From IMG/VR virus record IMGVR_UViG_3300027362_000003: a stretch of 44,549 nt of DNA; one strand, given 5' to 3'. Below are positions 19,862 through 26,074 of the stretch, piece by piece. The position numbers and the translations under genes were made by a program. The stretch is from a virus. Every line of letters begins with the position of its first letter. Position 1 is the first letter of the stretch. The notes under the pieces were generated by a model that was not told the DNA's origin, did no database searches, and saw only the letters and a program-made list of their open reading frames with translations.

Positions 19862-20137
19862 CTAGAGGCTAGCTTCTTCGATGTGATTTTGCAATTTAGT
19901 TATCATTTGATCTCTAGTGGCCCGATTTGAGTATTTAATGCCCTTCTCGGTAGCGAACTTGCGTAAATCCTTTAGCCCCATTTCATGGATTTGCTGTAAA
20001 GCTTTACCCTCTATAGTTTCTTCATTGTTGATTATTTCGGGAATTACCTTCTTAGGGACTCCGCATTCCCTCATTTCATCATCATACTTCTTTGCATCAA
20101 CGTAATGACCATCTACTAGATAAACTTTATTAATCAT
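19862..20137 (-). CDS. Small protein with C-terminal SAP/Rho-N-like helix-extended-helix motif; candidate small terminase or DNA-binding partner of TerL
   Basis: I prefer the ATG at 20137 (MINKVYLVDG...), which lies 5 nt after AAGGAG. The C-terminus LKDLRKFATEKGIKYSNRATRDQMITKL resembles SAP/Rho-N motifs. It is adjacent to terL. Confidence 0.6.
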   Translation of the reverse strand: MINKVYLVDGHYVDAKKYDDEMRECGVPKKVIPEIINNEETIEGKALQQIHEMGLKDLRKFATEKGIKYSNRATRDQMITKLQNHIEEASL

Positions 20138-20362
20138 AATTCTCCTTGGCATAAAGTAGAAATACCTCACTCCGAGCGATAATACAATAGAAGCCCTCGA
20201 ATAAACAAAATTACTCAAGTATTTCTATATCTATTCTCTGGGTAAGAAGGGTCCGATCCCCAAATGCGTTAAATGTACTTGGGGGGACTACCCTCTTAGA
20301 TAGAACATAAAATCATGATATATAGATAGGAGATTATTTTGTGATTATAGATAGATATATCA

Positions 20363-20385
20363 AGGGTATTATACTATAATACCCT
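20363..20385. repeat. 23-bp perfect palindrome AGGGTATTATA-C-TATAATACCCT
   Basis: The arms at 20363-20373 and 20375-20385 are exact reverse complements. It lies in the non-coding gap upstream of the packaging genes. Confidence 0.9.
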
Positions 20386-20398
20386 GATATTGTATTGA

Positions 20399-20423
20399 TA
20401 TAATGTAAAGACTTTACATTATA
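20399..20423. promoter_or_regulatory. 25-bp perfect palindrome TATAATGTAAAG-A-CTTTACATTATA overlapping the -10 box and predicted start of the adjacent promoter (operator-like)
   Basis: The arms at 20399-20410 and 20412-20423 are exact reverse complements. Confidence 0.6.
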
Positions 20424-20445
20424 ACTCTGATTCTAGTTTGGTCAA
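20418..20445 (-). promoter_or_regulatory. Sigma70-type promoter TTGACC-N16-TATAAT reading toward the packaging and structural operon
   Basis: The minus strand reads TTGACCaaactagaatcagagtTATAAT. The TAA stop of the RHH gene lies inside the -10 hexamer. Confidence 0.45.
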
Positions 20446-20610
20446 CGCTTCTCTTAATTCTTTAATTCTCTTTAATTTAATATCTTTAACAGTTTGACCT
20501 TTGAGTAATATCTGAATACCTTTGCTCATGCTACCATTCCCTAACAATGCTATCAATTCCCTTTGCTGAGGTGTTACCCTAGTGGATATTGTTATTTTTG
20601 TTATTTTCAT
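20419..20610 (-). CDS. Ribbon-helix-helix (Arc/CopG-like) DNA-binding protein
   Basis: 63 aa. The N-terminal beta-strand-like KITISTRVTPQQRELIALLG is followed by helices. Confidence 0.6.
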   Translation of the reverse strand: MKITKITISTRVTPQQRELIALLGNGSMSKGIQILLKGQTVKDIKLKRIKELREALTKLESEL

Positions 20611-20816
20611 TTGATATATCCCTCAAGTAAATAGTGGTGAATATTCAATCCAGTACAATAATATATATCATCGTTTGGCTCATGTTCTTTACATTCCCCC
20701 GATATATAGAATTTAATTCCAGTATTAAATCCAATACTAGGCATTGTAAAGTAAAGTCCAATTAAAAATAAAACAATGCAACCAATAACAAAAATAAATC
20801 TCTTTACATAAAACAT
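20607..20816 (-). CDS. Small membrane protein
   Basis: 69 aa with a GGGGGA SD 4 nt before the ATG. It has one strong TM segment (FIFVIGCIVLFLIGLYF). Confidence 0.6.
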   Translation of the reverse strand: MFYVKRFIFVIGCIVLFLIGLYFTMPSIGFNTGIKFYISGECKEHEPNDDIYYCTGLNIHHYLLEGYIK

Positions 20817-20860
20817 AAAATCCCCCGTTTATGATTGACTGTATAAGTCAATCGGTTATT

Positions 20861-20915
20861 AAATTAAAAACAGTTTACACAATGGATTAAATTAAGTCAA
20901 CCCATTGTGTAAACT
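20861..20915 (-). terminator. Intrinsic terminator after the lipoprotein gene (14-bp perfect stem, 16-nt loop, T-rich tail)
   Basis: AGTTTACACAATGG (20872-20885) pairs with CCATTGTGTAAACT (20902-20915). On the minus strand the stem is followed by GTTTTTAATTT. The hairpin starts 5 nt after the stop at 20921. Confidence 0.5.
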
Positions 20916-20920
20916 TTACA

Positions 20921-21301
20921 CTATCGCTGATATTGATAGTATTGTATCGGTGTTATATCACTATATGCATTGTATTTTGAGATTGTACAATATCGGTTAT
21001 ATGCAGATTCTAGGAATTGTGCAATACAACTAGGGTATTTATTGTTTTGTTCAACCATCAAACTACCACAATGTTTATATGCAATTCTATCAATGCAATT
21101 GCATATAAGTTGACCTTGTAAACTATCACAAGTATCAATCTCAATAACTGCCTTAGGTGATACCCATAAATCGGCCTCTTGATTTAAATCAATTAAATCA
21201 GCATTATTTTTATGGCCACAACCTGTTAAAAATAAAACACTTAATAAACTCAATAAAACAATACTAGTACAAAATTTAAAAACCACTTCAAATAAATTCA
21301 T
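20921..21301 (-). CDS. Cys-rich lipoprotein
   Basis: It has a signal peptide with a classic lipobox (LFLTGC), multiple Cys in the mature part, and a GGGGGA SD. Confidence 0.7.
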   Translation of the reverse strand: MNLFEVVFKFCTSIVLLSLLSVLFLTGCGHKNNADLIDLNQEADLWVSPKAVIEIDTCDSLQGQLICNCIDRIAYKHCGSLMVEQNNKYPSCIAQFLESAYNRYCTISKYNAYSDITPIQYYQYQR

Positions 21302-21310
21302 ATATCCCCC

Positions 21311-21342
21311 GTTTAAAAATATCCCCTCAATTATTTGAGGGG
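21311..21342 (-). terminator. Intrinsic terminator hairpin CCCCTCAA-ttat-TTGAGGGG with T-rich flanks on both strands
   Basis: 8-bp GC-rich stem at 21323-21330 and 21335-21342. The minus-strand tail is ATATTTTTAAAC. It lies 18 nt after the stop at 21360. Confidence 0.55.
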
Positions 21343-21359
21343 ATTTTAATTTAATTTAA

Positions 21360-21779
21360 TTATTGGTTATTTACCAATTGTGTTAAGTCCTCATGTTTTG
21401 TATTCCAATTGTTTTTAATATCCAATGCTGATAGAACTTTGTAATATCCTTTGTGGGTATTACTGTAAATTCTATATTCTTTTCCGTTTACCAATGTAAA
21501 TGCCATTTTATCACCCTGTTCTAAAACATCTCGGTGAGTTAAATACAATCTATCTCCACTACCTGTAAAGATGGTATAAGACTTATACCCTTTGATTGTA
21601 CTTGATTTACTCACCACAAAACAATAAGACTCAACTACACTACAACCAATTAAATTACCACTAGTCAATTTTTGTGCCATTGGTTGTTTTTTTTGTGGCA
21701 TTACTTGACTAATGGTCATTGCAACCATTTGTGCCATCTGTTGCATTTGAACTTCACTAAACCCTTGAACTTTGCTCAT
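21360..21779 (-). CDS. Hypothetical protein
   Basis: 139-aa ORF with a GGAG SD upstream of the ATG at 21779. Confidence 0.65.
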   Translation of the reverse strand: MSKVQGFSEVQMQQMAQMVAMTISQVMPQKKQPMAQKLTSGNLIGCSVVESYCFVVSKSSTIKGYKSYTIFTGSGDRLYLTHRDVLEQGDKMAFTLVNGKEYRIYSNTHKGYYKVLSALDIKNNWNTKHEDLTQLVNNQ

Positions 21780-21956
21780 AAAATACTCCGTTTTTTTCTT
21801 TGCATTATTGCATCGAATTGAGCGGACTTTACACTACAATTTTTTTTTGTGCAACACAATTTGTGCAACCATGTATTTTTTACAATCCGCTCAAAAAACC
21901 CACAATAATGTAAATTTTACAATTCAAGCTATCCTGTAAATTTTACTCATATAAAC

Positions 21957-22002
21957 TTTACACTATAAATTTTACCCTATAATTTTTACACTATAAATTT
22001 TA
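21957..22002. repeat. Two exact copies of the 18-mer TTTACACTATAAATTTTA, 28 bp apart
   Basis: The copies are at 21957-21974 and 21985-22002. TGTAAATTTTAC is also duplicated nearby at 21909-21920 and 21935-21946. Confidence 0.9.
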
Positions 22003-22033
22003 TATCTATATATTTTATAGGCTATAACCAATA

Positions 22034-22061
22034 ACTATAGACTATAGACTATAGACTATAA
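22034..22061. repeat. Tandem heptamer array ACTATAG x3 plus one imperfect copy
   Basis: The sequence reads directly as actatag actatag actatag actataa. Confidence 0.9.
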
Positions 22062-22210
22062 CTATATAGATAGATCAATATAAGGACCGTTTTTATGTAT
22101 AGTGTCAAGGAATTTGAAGCTATTAGAAGCCATTAGAAAGCATTATTTAGGCTAGTCCTTATTCTTTATAGGACCGATTTTGGGAATATTTAGGTATTTG
22201 GATTTTAGGC

Positions 22211-22262
22211 GAAAAAAAACCTACTATGGGATAAACGGTGTATTTAAATTCCCATAGTAGGT
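22211..22262 (-). terminator. Strong intrinsic terminator closing the Ubl-conjugation cassette
   Basis: 12-bp perfect stem, ACCTACTATGGG at 22219-22230 and CCCATAGTAGGT at 22251-22262. On the minus strand it is followed by a run of 7-8 T. It starts 18 nt after the E1-like stop codon. Confidence 0.65.
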
Positions 22263-22280
22263 CTAACAGAAGTTTACTTG

Positions 22281-22949
22281 CTAAGATAAGTAGACATTCG
22301 TTACTTTATAATATGCAGAGTCTAGTTTTTTGGCAAGGATATTTTTAAATTCCCTTACCATATAGCCCCCTGCTATTATAGAACAATATCCTGTACTCTT
22401 AGCGGTGCAAGGCACTCTATCTATATCTTCAGAATTATAATTTAATGCAGTATCTAAATAGTCTTTCATGGAATTAGGACCGACAGTATATACACTCAAT
22501 TCTTCAGCCCCCATTCTAGATTCAATAATCCATGAATCAGGTAACCAATTTTTAAAGTGTTTAGCTACTGCTTTCCTAGTTGCCATATTATCAACACAAA
22601 CAAAATAATAGGTACTTTGAGTGCCATATATACTTATGGCCTTACTACTTTCCCATTTACATTGATTTGCTACTACTTTACAGCCTGTTCCTATTTCCCA
22701 TAGTTTTTTCTGTAATATCTGTGCTTTGTTAAATCCAATATCTATTGTCCTAAATCCTTGGCAACTTATATTTTCAGCACTAACTTCATCATTGTCCCAT
22801 ATAACCATATTGCTAACGCCTAATCTAACTAGCCATTCAGCAGTAGCAGTACCAATACTGCCACAACCTATTACATGGACCATAATATCTTCAGGAACAT
22901 CAATTATATCCCTATGCCTAGCAAACATTTCTGATCTAGATACCCTCAT
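22281..22949 (-). CDS. ThiF/MoeB-family E1-like adenylyltransferase
   Basis: Rossmann motif VIGCGSIGTATAEWLVRLGV is followed by IWDNDEVSAENISCQGF and CVDNMATRKAV, the hallmark ThiF/E1 pattern. A Cys pair (PCTAKSTGYC) lies near the C-terminus. Confidence 0.8.
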   Translation of the reverse strand: MRVSRSEMFARHRDIIDVPEDIMVHVIGCGSIGTATAEWLVRLGVSNMVIWDNDEVSAENISCQGFRTIDIGFNKAQILQKKLWEIGTGCKVVANQCKWESSKAISIYGTQSTYYFVCVDNMATRKAVAKHFKNWLPDSWIIESRMGAEELSVYTVGPNSMKDYLDTALNYNSEDIDRVPCTAKSTGYCSIIAGGYMVREFKNILAKKLDSAYYKVTNVYLS

Positions 22950-23808
22950 ACATTCCCCCCATAGTATACTGATTTTGATTTATTGGAGTGCCTTCATCTA
23001 GTTCAACCATATAATCCATTAAATCATCTACTGTTTCAGGTAAAGACCTAGTGAAATTTATATAGCTTTCTAGACCATCTCTAATATGTACTTGGCTAGC
23101 CCCTTCTTTAACTGTTAAATCCATTAATTGTCTAAGTTGATTTTTTTCTTTCTTAGGTAGAAACTTAAAAACTTCAGGTAATGTAACAAAACTAGGTTTT
23201 TCATCTACTAGTTTGGTTATATCAGTTTCAAATTTAAAGGATTTATCTTCGGTTGGCTTGTGTCTAACATCGGCCCATTTTATCCCTTTCTTATCTAGAA
23301 CAGTAGCAACCACTTCAGGCCGTTTATATTTCTCAAATTCACTATTCCATAACTCTACTGCAACACTATTTAGAATAGGTCTTATTACCACTTCTACATT
23401 AGGGATAAACACTCTAGGTCTACCATCTTTAGGAGCTTGATAGTAGCTACCTAACATTTCCCCTTTATCGTTAAATACGATAGCACATATCCAACCAGCC
23501 CCTCCAGTTTCCACTATGGTATCTATATCAGTACTGCTCCAAAAAACACCCATTGTAGGGTGAGTATGAATCCAACATCTTAAATTGTGTCTAGTGGACC
23601 AATTTGTATTTCGCAGTTCTTGTAATTTCTCAGCATCAATACTTGTACTAGCACTAGTTCCACCACTATCTAATAGGTGAAATTTGTTAATTACTAGCAA
23701 TTCGTCCATTACTTCTACTTCTCCAAATCCTGATAACTCTTTAGGCGTGGCCTTTTTCATAAAATATTTTATTTTTTCATGAACATCAGGCAAAACTACT
23801 ATTTTCAT
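22936..23808 (-). CDS. JAB/MPN (JAMM) metallopeptidase with ~140-aa C-terminal extension
   Basis: Conserved Glu context ELSGFGEVEV, plus an exact JAMM motif H-T-H-x7-S-x2-D (WIHTHPTMGVFWSSTD, nt 23527-23568). GGAGG SD lies 6 nt before the ATG. Confidence 0.85.
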   Translation of the reverse strand: MKIVVLPDVHEKIKYFMKKATPKELSGFGEVEVMDELLVINKFHLLDSGGTSASTSIDAEKLQELRNTNWSTRHNLRCWIHTHPTMGVFWSSTDIDTIVETGGAGWICAIVFNDKGEMLGSYYQAPKDGRPRVFIPNVEVVIRPILNSVAVELWNSEFEKYKRPEVVATVLDKKGIKWADVRHKPTEDKSFKFETDITKLVDEKPSFVTLPEVFKFLPKKEKNQLRQLMDLTVKEGASQVHIRDGLESYINFTRSLPETVDDLMDYMVELDEGTPINQNQYTMGGMYEGI

Positions 23809-25214
23809 TCTATACCTCCGTTTTCTTCAGTTGATGTATCAAACATAGCCCAATTTACTGGACTAATAGGTAATATAGGTTCATCTATATATACTGTTTC
23901 TTCGTCTACTATTTCTTCTTCTTCATCACTATATAATTCCTCATCATGGACCTCTATATTAGGTTCAATTCCTGCATTATCTCTAATGGCAATCGCCCTA
24001 AGTAACTCTATAGTGTCTTTTATGGAATCAAATGGCAGTTTGCTTAAATCCTGTCTAGAAAATATAGCTTCTAATGTAGTAGCACTTATTCCTTCATGGG
24101 ATTCACCTAAATAAGTGGCTTTTTTGTCGTACATTGGAACAGTATATAAGGCTACTTTGATTCCCCTAAGCAACTTGTTTATTCTAATGTAAGGCGTTCC
24201 ATTTATAGGAGCGGTGGTTAGAAGGGTATCTACATTGATCAAATATGTAGCTATATCGCCTTCTCTTTTCTCACCTTTACTATCTATAGAGGGAGCAATT
24301 GAACCAAAACATAAATCATGGCTGTTACTTACATAAGGGTGAAACTTATTATCGAATATATGGTTACAAAATAGCGGATAAACTCGGCATCTTTCCCTTT
24401 GAGTAGTTATATCCAACACTATAATAACGGCCCCTAAATTGTATATTTTCTGGTTGTTATTAGGTGATGGGACATAAACTTTAGGTTTTATCCATCTTAT
24501 AAGATGTTTGTGATTTGCCATTGGACCTATATATATCCAACCTCTCTTATCCATTTCAGCTTTTGCCCTATCTAGATTCTCACATAAATCACTAAACCAT
24601 TTATCCCTAGCTTCTGCTTCAGTTTCAGTTAATTGCTTTTCTAGAATCTTTTCCAACTTATCTTTATAGGCATTTATTTCAGCATCGGTTTTAGATATCA
24701 TGGCGGTAAAGTGAACTATCTCTCTTTCAGAACTTTTTATATTCTCATCTAGATTGTCCAGTTCTTGTTTATGTCTAGCTAGAATACTTTCCCTACTTAA
24801 GGTATCGTTAAATAAAAAGTTAGTTTCATTTTCTAAAGACCTTGCTGAATCCCTTCTACTGTTTCTCAAGAACTCTAATTTCTCTCTAATAGGGTCGGTT
24901 ATTTCCCTAGAAAAACATTCCATTATTTCAGGAGTTTTTTCTAAATCCTCTTTAGGTAAAACTAAGTCTTTAATGTTTTGCATTTCTAAAATAGCTTCGG
25001 TTATATCCCCTCTACTTAGGATTGTTGCTCTACCTATAGATCCAAAATTAGGAAAGAATTTAACTTCATAAAGCCAATTCATTATTCTACATTTGTTGGC
25101 CAAGTATTGTATTGATTCGCTATTGTCTTTAAATAACTTGTTTCTAGCTTTTAAGGCTTCTCTAACAGTTATATTAGATAGGTGCGAAATGGACCTTCTT
25201 CTACTTCTACTCAT
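23805..25214 (-). CDS. E2 (UBC)-like protein: N-terminal domain and charged coiled-coil-like region, UBC-like core, acidic tail
   Basis: aa ~255-305 read YNLGAVIIVLDITTQRERCRVYPLFCNHIFDNKFHPYVSNSHDLCFGSI. This matches the UBC signature (beta-meander, YP, HPxV flap, catalytic Cys about 10 residues later). The Cys302 codon is at 24309-24311. Confidence 0.65.
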   Translation of the reverse strand: MSRSRRRSISHLSNITVREALKARNKLFKDNSESIQYLANKCRIMNWLYEVKFFPNFGSIGRATILSRGDITEAILEMQNIKDLVLPKEDLEKTPEIMECFSREITDPIREKLEFLRNSRRDSARSLENETNFLFNDTLSRESILARHKQELDNLDENIKSSEREIVHFTAMISKTDAEINAYKDKLEKILEKQLTETEAEARDKWFSDLCENLDRAKAEMDKRGWIYIGPMANHKHLIRWIKPKVYVPSPNNNQKIYNLGAVIIVLDITTQRERCRVYPLFCNHIFDNKFHPYVSNSHDLCFGSIAPSIDSKGEKREGDIATYLINVDTLLTTAPINGTPYIRINKLLRGIKVALYTVPMYDKKATYLGESHEGISATTLEAIFSRQDLSKLPFDSIKDTIELLRAIAIRDNAGIEPNIEVHDEELYSDEEEEIVDEETVYIDEPILPISPVNWAMFDTSTEENGGIE

Positions 25215-25368
25215 CTTTTACCCCGTTTTTAAATAGAGTTTCCTTAAGCCACTCTAAATCTTCTATGTTATTTGCCATTTCCTGTTTAATTTCACTATCT
25301 ACAAATTCCTGATAGTGGGCCAAATCTTCAATGGCCCTAGTTAGTCTTTCTCTAATTTCTTCATTCAT
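25207..25368 (-). CDS. Unlisted 53-aa acidic helical ORF between the Ubl and E2-like genes
   Basis: MNEEIRERLTRAIEDLAHYQEFVDSEIKQEMANNIEDLEWLKETLFKNGVKDE. GGAG lies 6 nt before the ATG at 25368. Its stop overlaps the E2-like start by 8 nt. It is below the 60-aa cutoff of the ORF track. Confidence 0.5.
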   Translation of the reverse strand: MNEEIRERLTRAIEDLAHYQEFVDSEIKQEMANNIEDLEWLKETLFKNGVKDE

Positions 25369-25423
25369 TTTTCACTCCGTTTTAAAATAAAAGGGGATAT
25401 AATGATATATCCCCTAGTGTTAT

Positions 25424-25630
25424 TTAGATTCCACCATCTTTCTTATTGGCAAAATCTACTTCATCTTTATGGGCTACTACTGTTTCCATAGTAGCAGGAC
25501 GACCATTTACCGAAGGTAAAAAAGTCCCCTCTAATCCCATAGCTTCATAAACTTGCTTTACAGTAGCACCATCAGCTACTTCAAAAGCCTCTAAATCTCC
25601 ACCAGTAACAGTACCAAATACTTTAATCAT
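25424..25630 (-). CDS. ThiS/MoaD-like beta-grasp ubiquitin-like protein ending in Gly-Gly-Ile
   Basis: 68 aa. The pattern MIKVFG...EVADGATVKQVYEAMGL......VNGRPA......DEVDF.....GG is that of ThiS/MoaD/Ub-like proteins. The GG is at aa 66-67, followed by one residue. A GGAG SD is present. Confidence 0.8.
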   Translation of the reverse strand: MIKVFGTVTGGDLEAFEVADGATVKQVYEAMGLEGTFLPSVNGRPATMETVVAHKDEVDFANKKDGGI

Positions 25631-25774
25631 AACAGAAACTCCTATTTAAAATGGATAAAGCGTTATTGCGTTATCCCTACATTAGTTTTAAAGTTATATA
25701 ATTGTTCTTGAGCGTTAACATATTCTGTACAAATTTCTCTTTTCTCTTCATAAGACATAGGGTAAATATTCACC

Positions 25775-26071
25775 ATGCTATTTACACAATTACCTACTTT
25801 CAATTTAAAAAGCCAAAATAAAATGATTCCCATAAAAAATCTCCAATTATTAGAAAGTGTTTACACAAAATTTGAATCGACAAAATATCTCAGCGTAAAG
25901 TCAATGGCAACACAAAAATTGAAAGTTAACGCAAAAAATCAAAAAAGTCAATCTTTTCAACGCTTTACGACTTTACGAAATGCTGTAAAAAATGTATATA
26001 GAAGAGGGATTTTTGCATCAAAAAAATGGCACAAAAAGTTAATAAATTGCATCATAAATCGGAGGAAATAG
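25775..26071 (+). CDS. Doubtful Lys-rich ORF in the AT-rich divergent control region
   Basis: 98-aa ORF with no SD and low-complexity, basic composition. It contains promoter-like elements and a tandem CTTTACGA x2. It may be a leader or promoter region rather than a gene. Confidence 0.25.
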   Translation: MLFTQLPTFNLKSQNKMIPIKNLQLLESVYTKFESTKYLSVKSMATQKLKVNAKNQKSQSFQRFTTLRNAVKNVYRRGIFASKKWHKKLINCIINRRK

Positions 26072-26074
26072 AAT

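Noticed and set aside
20872-20900. Possible sigma70 promoter TTGACT-N17-TAAACT on the minus strand.
   Set aside because: The same bases form the loop and 3' arm of a 14-bp perfect hairpin followed by a T-tract. That is better explained as the terminator of the lipoprotein gene. A dual role is not excluded.
22034-22075. Tandem heptamers considered as a CRISPR-like or minisatellite array.
   Set aside because: The repeat unit is only 7 bp, with no spacers and no cas genes. I report it as simple tandem repeats within the putative origin or terminus region.
22083-22095. 13-mer AAGGACCGTTTTT shared with 26455..26467, with looser GGACCG copies at 22171, 26926 and 27110, as a possible regulatory motif.
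   Set aside because: In a 44-kb AT-rich sequence, several exact 13-mer coincidences are expected by chance. There is no consistent spacing to genes, so I kept it only as a note.
25640-25803. A 29-36-codon minus-strand ORF (MSYEEKREICTEYVNAQEQLYNFKTNVGITQ) and a TTGAAA-N17-TAGCAT promoter-like element upstream of the Ubl gene.
   Set aside because: The ORF has no SD and is very short, and the promoter match is weak. This is plausible as the cassette promoter and leader, but it cannot be supported from sequence alone.
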